A stretch of DNA of 64,000 nt from contig NMRA01000178.1 of the NCBI GenBank assembly GCA_002633005.1, positions 658,062-722,061 of the forward strand, in the 5' to 3' direction. The notes beneath the pieces are model-generated. The model saw only the letters and a list, made by a program, of their open reading frames with translations, was not told the DNA's origin and made no database searches. This document shows positions 1-13,437 of the stretch, piece after piece. Position 1 is the stretch's first letter, and the number at the start of each line of letters is the position of its first letter. The DNA is from Phoronis australis. Taxonomy: Eukaryota; Animalia; Phoronida. Both the position numbers and the translations under genes were made by a program.

Positions 1-99
1 TTACAATTAAACTCTGAAAAGTGCGAATTCACGATTTATATATTTGTGCTCGAGGTGGTGCACATTTTTTTCAAAAAATGTACAATATCTCTTGGCTAC

Positions 100-900
100 G
101 AAAACCTATAAACAGTCATGGAATATATTTCAGAAAAAATGACGACGTTGAACAGCTGTATTATGGTAATGAAATTCAGAAATTAAAAGATCTATTAAAT
201 ATTTGGAAAACTAGATATTTGACGACCACGGGTATGGTTCATGTTGAAAAACTCACGGTTTGTCTAGGTTGATACACGTTTTAGCCAGTAGTGAAGTTAC
301 AAAAAATACGATTATACAAATAAATAAAGTTATCAGAGATTTTATTTCGTGTGAAAAACCACCACTTTACTTCCATATGAAGAAGGAGGGTTAAAATATC
401 CTAGTGTGGAAATAATTAAAAATAGTCTCATGTTCAATTGGGTCAAAAGTTTAAATTCAGGGGGAAATGGTAGTTGGAAATTTTATCCCAAGTCTCTTTT
501 AACTAAATTGGGTGGTAATTATGAGGAAAAAGAAATCGGAGAAATTTATGTTATGTCCTTTAGCGTTCCCATGAATCCTGAATTAAAGAACTTCGGGTAT
601 CTCTTTGCCCACAGAAGAATATTTACAAGTAGGGCTTTATACCAAATAGGTGTACTTCAAAATGATAAGTGCCCTTATTGTGAGGAGTTACAGACTTTAC
701 TTCATATGTTTTATTATTGCACATGTGTCATGACTTTCTGGAAGTCAGTGCAAGCACTCTTAAATAAAGCCCGAAATACTCAGCTCATGTTTACGATTTG
801 GGACATAATAGAGTTTGTTCAAAACACTAATTAATTCAAATTGCAAATTAATTTGCAATACCATTAACACACTTGCGCTTTACTTTATTTATTAGACAAC
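100..900 (+). mobile_element. Degraded Tx1/L1-clade non-LTR retrotransposon ORF2 C-terminal remnant
   Basis: Broken frames read 'LLNIWKTRYLTTTG', 'LPYEEGGLKYPSV' and 'NWVKSL', plus the C-terminal zinc-knuckle 'CPYCEELQTLLHMFYYC..V..FWKSV'. These are typical of L1/Tx1 ORF2. Stops and frameshifts are present; the ends are approximate. Confidence 0.8.
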
Positions 901-1124
901 AATGGCAGAAAATCCTATCAGTTTTAACGATGTTAAACTTACAGAGACATGTACTTCGGACGCAAACGTGAATAAATGAGGAGGTCTGCAAGCATGTTTT
1001 TAATTGGTATTTTAGAAATGATCAGAGTTCCATTGTTATAATTATTTTTGTATTGTCATTTAAATATCAAACAACATTACACGATGTCATGTATTATTTT
1101 CCATATTGTCTATATGTACATGTT

Positions 1125-1315
1125 NNNNNNNNNNNNNNNNNNNNNNNNNNNNNNNNNNNNNNNNNNNNNNNNNNNNNNNNNNNNNNNNNNNNNNNNNNNN
1201 NNNNNNNNNNNNNNNNNNNNNNNNNNNNNNNNNNNNNNNNNNNNNNNNNNNNNNNNNNNNNNNNNNNNNNNNNNNNNNNNNNNNNNNNNNNNNNNNNNNN
1301 NNNNNNNNNNNNNNN
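1125..1315. other. Assembly gap (N run) next to a (GTGC)n/(GT)n microsatellite
   Basis: Run of N followed by cgtgcgtgcgtgcgcgtgtacatgtgtgtgtg. Confidence 0.98.
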
Positions 1316-2005
1316 CGTGCGTGCGTGCGCGTGTACATGTGTGTGTGATGTATCTGTTATTATTATTATATTTCTTTTCTTTTCATTGTGCATATTTTCA
1401 TCAGACACCATATCAGCACGGCGTGTTTTCTGTATGAATGGTGCGTGAAAGTTTCCCTGTCCCCCTTTTTACCTGTTCAGTTACATTTCATTGCCGTTAC
1501 ACAAACTGATTGTTTAATATTATATCCTTTTGTAAAAGATGTATCTGAGGCGCCCATTGTTTGGGTAATAAATATACGTCTATATATAAAAAAGATCAGT
1601 GACATGTAGTGAATGATATGGAATTCCAATCAGGTGACCAGAATATTGTCACCTGACTATATCTCGCCTGACTCTACCATTGCTTTGTCATAGAACTCCA
1701 GCTAGAATTATTTGGTTTAGTTGGGTTTTTGTGCTTGAACGTTTAAATGTAAGTTCACGTGGTTTGTACCTTATTGCTATTGTATTACTGTTCTTGTTCC
1801 AATATAACTCTTTTAAAGCTGCTTGTCCTCGTATATAAGTGTTGGCAAGTAGTTGCGCAGTAGTGTGTCCTTTTAGGTTTGATAAATTTCGTAGTTTTCT
1901 ATTTTTATGTCTTAAGCTTCTCAAATGGAAGTGATAATCACACATATATGAGATAAGGTACTTTTATAGGTAGTTGCGTATCTCAGTGTTGAAGTCACTA
2001 ACGAC

Positions 2006-2101
2006 ATGGCCCGGCTCGGTCTCGCATTTTTTCTTGTCTTCATCTCACTGCCGTGTTTGGGCGGGCTGTGTTTGCTTGCGTTGGTTTCTGCACGCAAATT
2101 G
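2006..2101 (+). CDS. Possible first exon encoding a signal peptide (MARLGLAFFLVFISLPCLGGLCLLALVSARKL); downstream exons not found
   Basis: ATG, then a basic residue and a hydrophobic core. Candidate donors GTACGT (2102) and GTAATT (~2124). No convincing next exon. Confidence 0.25.
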
Positions 2102-2589
2102 GTACGTATATGTCGCCAATTAGGTAATTTACCTTTGATTTGTTTTAAACATGTTGAAGTTGCATTTAGACCTGCTTAGCTTGGTAAAAGAGTGGAAATC
2201 AAATTAGACCTTTTATTATCATAACGTCGGTCTCACAATTTTCCTCGCCGTAATTAGGATTCTATTTTTCTTATCAACAAGAACTGTCCAAACTGTCAGC
2301 GACTCAAGAGAATGCTTCAGAGTTTGTTGGGGTTGGCTATTGGCGAATTGGCACGTGAATGCATTACTTGTGATTTGAGTTAATAGTGTAAGTAAAATCC
2401 TATTATGGTAAGAATTATAGTTGGATCGATTTTATGATAGTAAAAATCCCTCTCGAGTGGTCTTTTTAGCCATCTGATCAGGGCGAAACATATCTTTTAC
2501 AAGCATTACGTTTCATTTTAAAATTTGATATCAAAATGTATTTTGTGATGAATTGTCAGTCAACAAGTCTTTTAACAGTATAAAACTTT

Positions 2590-2857
2590 GGGGTCACTGT
2601 CTACCTTCATTACCAAAGATTTGATTTTTAAAATAACTTTTGGAGTATTAATACTAATTCCATAAAACTACATATGTTTATTATCTTTGAGTATCCCAGA
2701 ATCTTATTAAGTGCACGAGAACAGTATTAAGACGACTGTGATCACGTAACCGCATTCTTTTTAAAATCTCGATTTTTCACGAAGTTCCCACGTTTTTAAT
2801 AGTTCAAACAACATTTCATCAATCAAATCTTTGGTAACGAATGTAGGCAATGACCTT
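2590..2857. mobile_element. MITE-like element with ~37-bp imperfect terminal inverted repeats
   Basis: ggggtcactgtctaccttcattaccaaagatttgatt (2590) is the near reverse complement of aatcaaatctttggtaacgaatgtaggcaatgacctt (2821-2857). Confidence 0.7.
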
Positions 2858-4011
2858 AAGAGTATGATTGTGTTAGCAGGCTCTCATCAAGGTAAAAAGT
2901 GAGGTTCATCAACTTAACATAGAAAAGTGCAGGAAACACAATGCTTTTGTGAAATTCAGCCTGCCACGTCAAGAGGCGGTGCCGACTGTATCCTATAGGT
3001 GGCTTGGCTAACAGTGATTTGGTAGTTCAAACATTTTCATATTTGAAACAAAAATCAATTCAACATGGGTAGCAAACATAATGACTCTGAAGCGCTCTTG
3101 AGACATTGGGATTTAAAACGGTCTAACGGACGATAAATGGCAACATGAAGCCATCTGGGATAGAACTAGCGTGTACCGGTCATGCGATCGGCGAGTATCC
3201 AAAATGACAGCTGACTTTCGATTCGCGCTAGATGACGTTTAGTGGTAGCTACAGATCCCATGTAATGAGGCAGGTTTCAACGGACTGGAAGAAATAGCGT
3301 TTTAACCCCCTTCCTGCAATTACAACGCCAGCAAATTTCCACTGCTGTGTGATGGGACTGCGTTTTACGAAAATGTCGAAGCTTTTGAAATACCATTGGA
3401 TGAACAACGACATCTTGTTCCAAGTATTTCCCACTGTGAAGAAGTATCTACCGCCAAACCAGTGGCTGCGGCTTACATGTATAAAGCTACGTGAGAATTT
3501 CGATCCCAGCTGGTGTAAAAAGAATTAAAATCTTAGTGCACTTAAAATAATCAAACAATGGGAGGCGCCGACTGTAGAATTTATTCACCTGCTTTTAAAT
3601 TAATGAACCACTATGTCAACTGAATTTCTGTCCACCATGTCTGAGTCGTGCTCTCATTTCTCTAGAGAGCGCCAATATGAAAAGTTTCGTTATGAACCTG
3701 GGAGGTAAAATTCTCAGTTTTCTCCTTGCCAGTCAGCCGAGTTAGGCCTGCAAATTTTTGACTGCTTAATCTGTGAGTTATATTGATGGTGCTTCATTTT
3801 CAATGTCAGCATAGTTATTTCCGTACACCAGACTAGCTTGAAAATTGCACGCAGTACGTTCCTGTGTACCAGTGCCAGTTCCGGTCTTTGCTATTTAAGT
3901 GGGCCAATTGACATTTTTTCAAAATACAAAGGTGGACATGTATTTGTACCACGCAATACACATTTATAAGACTTTACATGCGCGATCCCGAGATGTAATC
4001 GCTCAGTTGTT

Positions 4012-4242
4012 TATCGTTGGCCAAATGGGTGAACGTTGCGCACGTAAATTACGTGCGTACTTTGATTCTTATTAGAGGCGTAAAGTAATTATTACTTTAC
4101 GATGTCACTTTGCTGCGTTAACAGTTACTTTAGGCCGCAAATAGTTACTTTACGCTGCAAATAATTACTTCATGCCTCTAACGAAGAATTCACTTTCGCA
4201 GGTAATTTACGTGCGTGGCGTTCATCCATTTGGTCAACTATA
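4012..4242. mobile_element. Foldback/MITE-like palindromic element with internal ~20-bp tandem repeats
   Basis: The left arm tatcgttggccaaatgggtgaacgttgcgcacgtaaattacgtgcg...agaggcgtaaagtaatt pairs with the right arm aattacttcatgcctct...cgcaggtaatttacgtgcgtggcgttcatccatttggtcaactata. The centre has repeated (a/g)ttacttta..c.gcaaata units. Confidence 0.8.
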
Positions 4243-4717
4243 GTTTTCATCGTCAGCACGTCGTTGCAGTTAGAAACGCGCAAACAATTTCTAGTTAGCT
4301 TCCTTAAAAAGGTGATTGACGTCGTTAAATGAAATCGAAACATTTCAATCGAAACCTTGTCGTCATAGCATCCCTTAACCAGATTACCAGCTGACTATTG
4401 TGAACTACGACATGGAATCGTGTGAGGTGAGTACACTTCAGCCGTCAGTAGATATGCAGCCATTTAAATCCAGCTAGAGGAGTCTATGCCTTAGTAGGAC
4501 CGTCCTTGATTACACCGCGACACTCAAATCTCGCTGTATTATACCCATGCATGCCGTAAATATCCATCCGGCACATTTTATGACTCGTTTTCATGCCATT
4601 GGAGTTTCACATGTTATTTGTTTTTGTCTGATTAAGCTTTTTCGGTTGCATTACTTTATTCGTCCTTCCAATACCAATAAAGTGTTACTGCATGCTGTGT
4701 TGCAACTCCTACTTCAG

Positions 4718-4904
4718 GAAGTTTGATAAACTGGACAAATGCCCGTGGACACGTGCTCTGATCGAAATTCTTCGCTTTACCGACTTCAACGAAGACACGA
4801 AAACGTGCCTGACTTCCAAAACGAGTTCACGCGCTTTCTTATTTCCGGGACAAAGGAGAGTTCTGTTGCCGTGTAATCCGGGACGGCCCTATTGCTATTA
4901 ATGT
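4718..4904 (+). repeat. Dispersed repeat, family A copy 1 (second copy at ~42973-43148)
   Basis: Shared blocks aagtttgataaactggacaaa, gaaattcttcgc, gacacgaaaa, ttccaaaac, gacaaaggaga and acggccctat occur colinearly in both copies. Confidence 0.8.
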
Positions 4905-5582
4905 TTACTTGAACAGTGACAGTATTGCGTTGACCAGTCATTGCTCTTAACTAGCATAGGTTCTGTAAGCATGCAGGTCATTCTTCACTTTCCACATAGA
5001 TATATATACCCCTATGGCTAATTGGTTTCGTTTTGAAGTGATCCTGGCGTAGACGAGTGTGTTCCAACCAGCGTCGCGGTATGGTAAATATTTACGCGTG
5101 GCGATCTTATGACCAAGACCATCTTGTACGACAAGGTGGATATGGGATTGCGAATCCACAGGCAGATCTCTGTTCCGCTACAAAGATGTCCGAATTTACA
5201 AAACCTGTAAACTTTTCAACATAACTAACCCCTGCAATGACGGGTGCCATAAGTCGGGGTCAACATGAGTTTTGAAAGGAAAACAGCTTAGTTTGTTTTG
5301 TACAATCGTGCTCGTAGTGGGGCATTTAAGCTAATTTAAAAACGGCTATAAAACCTGCATTGTGTCCACGAACCGAACTTTTGCTATAGGTCCCTTACCG
5401 CTATTAAACGTACTCGATTCCAACTTAATTGTTCCTCAGTAACTCAGATGAGAAGTAAAATCTAAGTTTTGGTACTTCGTAATTCCTAGAGACCATTCTA
5501 TGCGCAAATGTGCTTTACATGCCAACTTTTCAGAGTTCTTTCCTCTAGCAATAACGCACTGCTGGTTCCTTCGAAGTCCTCT

Positions 5583-5690
5583 GGTAGGGTTCAATAATGC
5601 TAGGACTTCGCTAGGTGAAAATCACAGTTCCCGAGATTACTCGAAGTATTGTCGTGGATTTTAAATGAAACCACGTGATTTTGGCAAGAC
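5583..5690. mobile_element. Diverged copy of MITE family B
   Basis: gggttcaataatgctaggacttcgcta...ttcccgagattac...tattgtcgtggattttaaatga...tgattttggc resembles the copies at 32495, 41288, 47417 and 63357. Confidence 0.6.
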
Positions 5691-6683
5691 ACTGAGCGGC
5701 TTCTGAGCTCTAGCCTGGCATCATCCCCATTTGACTTTCAATCAGTTCCATAACGGAATTTGGATTTACAGCCAGTTTCTATCCGCCTATTGAACCTTGC
5801 AGCTAAAGGCTGTTCCGACAGGGGGTACACAGGCAACTAGAATGTCGGTCTTGGAAATTAAAAACAGAATACTATGACTAGTATAGGCCTAAATAGCCCA
5901 CGCAGAGAAAGAGAACTCCAAGAACGAACAGGACTTCTGAGGACCACTATCGACAAAATGCAACATATCTAACATATGCCAGATAGTTTGAGATTGTCGC
6001 ATATAGTTACGTCTTTTACCTCATACCCTATGAACTGTTATGAAAAAAACGGCTAACGATTACCCCCAAATTAAACAAGCTCAGATTTAGGGAATACGAC
6101 GTTGACTTGACCATTAAATATAATGTAGACTAGAGGAATACATGCACATCACTATTAAGCACGTACGGATGTATGACTACCAGGAAACTTCATTTTTGAA
6201 AGTCAATTAAGGAAACTATGTGACAACAAGCAGCCCTCAACAGGGTTCACAGGTTGTAGTCACCATGTTAACGTGTTTTGCAGGCACATTTGAGTGGCCA
6301 TGTTTTGCTGGAAAGGGTGTCTTTTTGGAGATTTTCACGTAGAAAGAATGGCGAGGTAGGTGATTAGCTTATGTGTATGGGCGTGAACTTGCATGTAGTT
6401 GGCTGAACAAAGAGTGGCTCAAACAGTAACATATCTACTTTGCTGATGTTCAGGTCTTTAATCCTTTCAATGAAAGTTCGCGAATATCCATTAACAAACA
6501 ACAGTCGGTTTACAGAAGACACGCCAGCAGACAACTTACCTGCTTAAGGTTATCTCAAACCTTATTTAGTAGCCTCCATTCTAGCTGATATATTAAAAAC
6601 CGGGCTTTTTCAAGTTGTAAAAGAACATATTTTCTGAAAGAAAAAAGATCAGGGAATAAAGTTATATTTTTGTTCATGCGTCG

Positions 6684-6784
6684 TTATTATTAGTATTATT
6701 ATTATCACTATTATTATCATTATCATTATTATCATCATTATTATTATTATTGTTATTATAATTCTTATTACTGTTATTATTATT
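6684..6784. repeat. (ATT/ATC)n trinucleotide microsatellite
   Basis: About 100 bp of imperfect attattatc repeats. Confidence 0.95.
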
Positions 6785-7718
6785 TTTAGAAAAATAACCC
6801 GTCGGTCGATTTTAATGAAACGTTTTTAAATGAAAACTTGACCAGTTACCTCAAAAACGCGGTCAGGAATTTTCGATTAAACTTTTCGTTTCATTTCTAT
6901 GACAAACCAACTCGCAAAACGTAAGGTATTTTTGTAGGTGTTTTTGTAAAAAATAACATTCGTATTCGTATTTGTTACATTACGCAAAAACCAAGCCTTT
7001 ATGTTAAAAATCCTAACAGCATTTTTGAGATTGATGAATGAATAATAATTTAGAAGTTTCAGCGAAATCCACCCAGGTGTTTTCGAAAGTTCTTATCACT
7101 AAGTTCAAACTAGGAACCAATATGATTGGTTCAAATTAAGCCGATTTTCCGAAGCCGAGAACAAGTCGACTATGTGGGGACGAGTTAAGGACTGTGGTTA
7201 GTTATTCGGTGAAAACTTGTTTTTGCTCAGTATAACCTATACACCTCTTAATCACTTTCATTATTTCAACATTCATGAGCAATGTCACAGGAATTTGCTG
7301 TGCGTAATTAACTTAATAATCACAACTTTTAATCTAAACCAAGTCTATCTTGTCACGGGCGGAATCAGTATATGAAGTGGGTCAAGCTGGTGTATTGTGG
7401 CCCACTTTAAAGTAGGTCACAGTCAACAGTTCATTGTTTGACACACGGCGAGATTGATATGAAAACCAAAAACGAAATGGGTACAGAGATCAGTCGGTGG
7501 TTAAAGCTCGTCGTGAGGATGAGATCGAAACAAATTGTCGAATTACCCGAGTTAAGGAATTTGGGTGAGGATTTATCTCTTTTCACAACTTTTTATTTTT
7601 GTGAACACTAAGTCACAGAGGCGCGAGACCACCGTTCCCAAAGGTCGTATGCATGCAGACGCATAAATCTCTCAGGATCAACGCAACGTTTTTGTCTTCG
7701 TTTTCCCGGCATTTTCTA

Positions 7719-8108
7719 TCATATGTACACGTCGTTGACACAATGATAGAGCGACTTGGTAAATGAAAGGACTGAGGGTATATACGGAGCTGCTCTGTGC
7801 GTGGGCTGAACGATTTCAGTGACAGTCCCATAACCTTTGACCTCAGATAAGCAGTAAACAAATTTCCACGCGGCTGTGCGGTTCCATGGTAATGTCTGCC
7901 CAATCTTTTTTCTTCTCGTTGCACGGTTTATATTAGTATTTGAAGTTTCCCAATCATGAAGATAAGATATTTTACTAGACATATATGAAATATTGTAAAC
8001 ATGGATAATTTGTGAATAAGGTTTTAGATATCCTGAATGGCTTCGATCCACGGGGCACGGCTTGTACGTGGCTCGCGAATTAACTTCCCGATAGGAGAAA
8101 TCACTCAT
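7719..8108 (-). CDS. Hypothetical 129-aa ORF, possibly with a spliced 5' UTR
   Basis: ATG at 8108, stop at 7719, minus-strand AATAAA at 7597-7592. Upstream are a GT-AG intron-like segment 8379-8279 (G|GTGAGT ... tttcaaAG) and an acceptor at 8165. No recognisable domain. Confidence 0.25.
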   Translation of the reverse strand: MSDFSYREVNSRATYKPCPVDRSHSGYLKPYSQIIHVYNISYMSSKISYLHDWETSNTNINRATRRKKIGQTLPWNRTAAWKFVYCLSEVKGYGTVTEIVQPTHRAAPYIPSVLSFTKSLYHCVNDVYI

Positions 8109-9238
8109 TGGCGGTGTCCATAATCCCCTGCTTGTCAACACCTTAATTCAGCAGAAGTCCCTAGCTGAAAAGAAGTGATATGAAATCGAAGAAAAGCACT
8201 GGCAATGATTATTAGGCGATTGTCCTTCTTTTGAACATGCTCTTCCACCTCAGTGCTCTCCCTCCGCATCTATGACACCTTTGAAATTTAAAAATTATGA
8301 TAACGGCAATTAAGAATTGCTAATACAGGCGTAATGCTCGCCGTTTTGTCAGCTGCTGCGAATTAACTGTGTCACTCACCAGCACGATGTCTCCTCTGTT
8401 TCAGGAACTTTGTCCGTTCAAAGAGTACGTTCCTGCATACACCAAAGTCATTTTGTGTCACAGTCCCAAGGCAGCCTCGTTCCAAGTGGCTTCCAATCAG
8501 GTCCGCCACTTCACTGTCAACAAAGTCATGTGTTTTTGTCAGTTTGTGGAACACAGGGCCAACGAAGACGGACGCCAGTATATTCGCAGGGACGAATTCT
8601 CAGCGAACGAAGACTTCGTAGAGGATAATGATCGTGCGCAAATAGTTTGAGATTCAATTGAACGAAATTACGCACCCTCGATGTGGGATGAGTATCCCGA
8701 TTTCATTGGCTAGTTGAGATACAGCCATGTGGTTATCAGATTGATAGTGATAGTAAGGGGAGAACGTTGACAAAACCAATGTTTATATAGTCCATCTCTC
8801 TTGTGTTCGTCTGCTAAGCTCATGTAATGCAGCAATTATGTTGTAAACATCGCGCCTGACGCTAACCGACATTTTGACTATTTTCAAACGACGTTCAACA
8901 AATGACATGGAGAAGATGCGTTTTGTTTGAAACACTGTCACCAAAAAACTTTGAACGGAGAATATGACTGATTTTCAGGGAAATTACATTAACTTTCACC
9001 TGCACGTGCCCATTACTTTGCGTGACTGCAACCTCTGACCCGCTTACTACCACGGCATTGTTTACCAACAAATTGACCTATCGCCAGGATTATGACGGAC
9101 GGCTTGATTGACCAATCAGAACGCAGCATTCTCGGCAAACCTTCGTCTGCGTTTCCAAGCCGCCATTTTACCCGACGAACCACACGTAGTCGAGTTAAAC
9201 TTACTTTAATCTATAGGTCAAGAAATTGTCCGCTAAGA

Positions 9239-9453
9239 ATGGAGAAACGGTTTTGATATGGCGTGTGTAGCACCGGCAGCCGTTATGCTGCTCCAGAATA
9301 ATATCCCGTCATTTTTGGCATGTCCTAAGCCGAAAAATGATGTTGAAAAGCGTAAACTATGGATGAAACTGTACGGCCACACGAGCAGCTGAACATAGCG
9401 ATGTTGCTTGATAACTCGAAGGCTATAATAAACACAAATATATTAGTTCCAAG
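9239..9453 (+). pseudogene. Degenerate THAP-type zinc-finger remnant (DNA-transposon derived)
   Basis: Across stops and frameshifts it reads MEKRF*YGVCSTGSRY..., CPKPKNDVEKRKLWMKL, RPHEQLNI and NKHKYISSK. This matches the invertebrate THAP pattern MxKRCxxGxCxxDSRY...FPKPK...WIK.CGRPH.QLN...YVCSKHF. Confidence 0.65.
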
Positions 9454-9832
9454 ATACGCACTTTTCAGCTTGGTGGCTATGGTGCAGGACTATCTCAGAT
9501 TTTGACTCCCCGGCGAGTTCCCTACGTCTGGCCGCCTTTGTCTCGGCACCTGCTGGATCTCAGCACTCTAGCGGCAGTCCCCGGAAATTCTTGTTTTCAA
9601 GGACATTTTTTATCTTATGTTTTTTATTTATTTCAACCTAATGGACATTATTTTGTTTCGTATCAGAGGTACATTTTTGTTCACGAAAACAACAACGGAT
9701 TTAAAAATTGACATGTTCCGGTGTCATTTATTAAACACCATCCTCAGAAGTCATAATACAGTGGCCACCTAGCTAGGCCCAGCAACAAGTAATGAAGCAC
9801 AGATACAGTCAGTTACAGGGAGTGACAATGAA

Positions 9833-10003
9833 CTATACCAACAATGACAACCTGTGGTGTGTCAGTTGCCTATTGAGATTGGGCTTGCACCAACTGATAT
9901 GTAAAGCCTCACGAATTTTAAGCTCCTTTGTTGTTACTGCCTGGTCTATTATTGCAAAGTCATTGAAAGAGCACTGCTGATAACAATGATTGGAGCTCTG
10001 CAG
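9833..10003 (-). mobile_element. Penelope-like element, GIY-YIG endonuclease C-terminal fragment
   Basis: 'CSFNDFAIIDQAVTTKELKIREALHISWCKPNLNRQL' matches the F.I+D.....+L.I+EA++I...KP.LN.Q ending of Penelope elements. The fragment is cut by an assembly gap. Confidence 0.75.
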
Positions 10004-10004
10004 G

Positions 10005-10135
10005 NNNNNNNNNNNNNNNNNNNNNNNNNNNNNNNNNNNNNNNNNNNNNNNNNNNNNNNNNNNNNNNNNNNNNNNNNNNNNNNNNNNNNNNNNNNNNNNN
10101 NNNNNNNNNNNNNNNNNNNNNNNNNNNNNNNNNNN
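10005..10135. other. Assembly gap (N run)
   Basis: Run of N flanked by G's. Confidence 0.98.
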
Positions 10136-13100
10136 GGGGGGCTGTTTGGCCAGGACGAGATGATTGTGTACCTGAGCTATGAACCTCAATTTTTTGATCA
10201 AAATATTTCGTTACAACATTAGAAAAGCGTAAACAACGTTATCGAGTCGACCTACGGTCAGACACTATAGTGCATGTGTTGTCTAAAATCTATGACCTAC
10301 TTTACTCCAGGAGTCCCACCAGTTGAGACCTACTTTTCATTTGGCGAAATTTAGCAGACGACAGAATAAAAATATCGGTGAATCTTCACTGGTTTTATTC
10401 GAAAGATCGTGAAATCTATGGAATTGTACAGATAATTCGACTTTAAGGTATATACCCAGCTTTACATGAACATATCGTATCAGTGGCCTTGTCATTTGTC
10501 AGGTGAAGGTGAACCCCGAGGCCGAGGGGTTCTTCGGATTTTCGCTGTCTCCTCGAGCACTTATTTTTTCATCGTCACCTTTACAAATTCCCATATCATG
10601 AACGTACGATTCTCTGTTGAAAAGCATCGCCTCTTGTCTCTGTCGACGCGTTTTCAAGTAGTGTAAAAACACTCATCGCTTCCACCAGGAACGTCGTTTA
10701 GCGACAGTGTATTTGCCTCTGACATCTCGTTCGAATGTCGGGTATCACGTGACTTTTCGCATAGAAGCGGAGCTTGTGATAGGTCAATTGTCAAGGTCTT
10801 AACGGACTGACATTCCTTATTAACAGGTTGTGCTGCCGCGATTAGGTCTCTCTCCATTTTGAAGACTACCGGTATTTGTACTCCAAATTGTGGTCTACTT
10901 ACAAGCACAAACGTGGGGTACAAAAGTGAAAACAAACGTGCAGATCCAGTCAAGCAATGCAGATGGCACTGGAGATAGAGAAACAATAAACTGAGTTTGT
11001 GACCAGACAAAATGTCATTGGACTATTGGCATTTACATCTCGAACAGCTATAGACCTCTTGTGAGGAGATTTATAAAAACATTGAAGTAAAACATGATTT
11101 CGGAGTATTCTTCTTGAACAGAATTATTTAACTGCAAAATATGTTTTGAAGTCAGTTAAAACCATCACTAATGCACCTACGCTCTTAGTGGACTCTTAAA
11201 TTTGTCGACGTGTTGGACCTGTGGGCAAATCTGTGGCATTGCAAGAAAGTTATCCAAAGAATACGGCAATGCTTTCATAATGGGAACGTACGTAAAAGGG
11301 TGTTTTTTTCGAAAAATGCTTAAAACGCATGAGCTTGTTCTTTACAGTTAATTCTTTGTGACAAGTGTACACATGCAAAGGTAATGACTGATGGCCAATC
11401 GTTTTTGTACACGGAAGTTGGAAATGGCCATGGACGAACTGGATTCCAAAAGGTGCCTGGTCGATACAGGCGCCAGCGCCTCTATTTTAACACAAACATA
11501 CTGTAGTGTGCTGTTGAAATCCAAAATTTTAGCAGATAGTGGCAAATCGGGCAACGGATGAATTTTTTAAGCAAAACTATCATTTGCCACTGAAACTACA
11601 AAATCTAAATACACTTGTGCACAAGAGCTCTGCAAACGATTTTTGCATCCGTGACACTCTAATCGGTCAATAAAGAAATCTTATGAAGAAGTCACTGCTT
11701 GATCTGAACCGACGTACACAGCTTACGTAACAATTGGGTGGCAATCTAAAAAGCATATTTCGATATAGAATGTTTTTATAATCATAACGCGTTGGGTGAA
11801 TTTCGGTGGGATATAATTGGACCTACTGAAATTTCAGTGTCGTTGCATCAAGTCACTTTTAGCAGATTTTCCAAGTCTCAAAGTCCAGTGTAACATTTCC
11901 AGCTGCAAAGAGGCCCAATCCTCACAGTTTGAAGGGAAGGCCAGGCCTCTAAAGAAATGGAGCCTCTAGATTTCGCTCAGATGCCCACATATACTTGAGA
12001 CCACGAGTACGAGCTGCAACAGGGGACCCTACAACTGTAGCTCAACATTGGACCCGGTTATAGTCAATCCGCCACTGTAGTGGTTCGAGCCGTAAAGCCT
12101 TAAAATCCACAATCTTTCGCAAATTTGCCCATTCCATACACTTTCCCGTGATTGGGTAGAGACTTACTTACCGGAAGTAAAATCGTGAATTACACCAGGC
12201 GCCGCTAGTGAATAGTGAATTCTCGACCAATGGTGCTGGTCGTGTCACAAACGCACGATCACAGATTTTATCTTCCGAACATGCAGAGTTGGTGGTACAT
12301 GTTCTATAGCTTATGATGAAACACGTTCACGCGACTCGTGTATTCGAGTTTAATTTCCGTCCGATGTCTGCAGCCAAATCAAGTTATCAAAGTTCATAAC
12401 TGTTCATGTTGTAAGGCGAGTGGCGCGAATCTACAATGCTTATTTACTATAAAGTTTGTTGGAAGTAACGTAGGTTTTTTATCCTTTATAGATATTTTTG
12501 ATTATTATTATAATTGTTATTGTTATACAGTGTAATAGGTTATACCGAAAATAAAAATCCAATGTTTATGCAATCAATATCCAATTTATTAATTGTTGAG
12601 TGAAATTCGAAAATCCGATTTTTGCTTTAAATCCAAACCAAAAGAATGTTTATTGTGTTAGTACTAACAAAATCAATTCCTTTACACGTTTAGAAAACTG
12701 CAAACGGTTTTACTGGTTATATTTCGCCTCTTTTTACCTTCCTCTAACAACAACGAATCAAATCGTCTGCCATCTTCTACCGTAGTTTTTTACCTAATTT
12801 GGTCATGTAGTGACCTGAATGCAAGCAAATAAGCTTAGTGAATGTTTTACTTCATGATTTCACCGCTAGGTTAAAAAAAGCAAATGGTGGAGTGTCGGAC
12901 AAGAGAAAAGTAAATAGTCGAATCTTCTTTGAGTAATTAAGTTCTTTCCAAGGGCTTAAATTCCGTGCAATTTATGTGCTGTATTATTTCTTAAAATAAA
13001 TATATTCACGCAATCGCGATTTCGACGCGTGCGGGTTAATGTTTGACGAGCAATTAGAGTGTGACGTCTGGCACTTGATTCTGCACATTCACTGCGCATT

Positions 13101-13437
13101 TTGCTGTATTAAAGTACTTGAATGTGTGGAAATGTCTAGTTTTGTTTAGGCCATCATTTTTGTTAGTTCATCCTTTATCTCGGACATGAAGGGATTTTCA
13201 AAGTGAATTTTACCGATTGTTCCTCGTAATTGCATACCCATGTTCGATAATTAATGCGACATGACATTGTGCTTTGTCTCTCATTTAAATGTGAATGCAC
13301 GTGTTTGCGAGTAGTTGCGCTGGCTTCAACTTCGAACAGTTTCATTAAAACGTCGCGTGGTTATACCCGTAATAATTAGATTTCAACCTATATAGTCTTT
13401 GGATACGAGGTATATGCAATGGATGAAAAAGAATAGT

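Noticed and set aside
1048-1448. ORFs spanning N runs (also 9833-10222)
   Set aside because: They are open only because of assembly gaps.
10200-10222. Peptide NISLQH shared with the giant ORF
   Set aside because: A six-residue match on the opposite strand with no flanking similarity. Chance.
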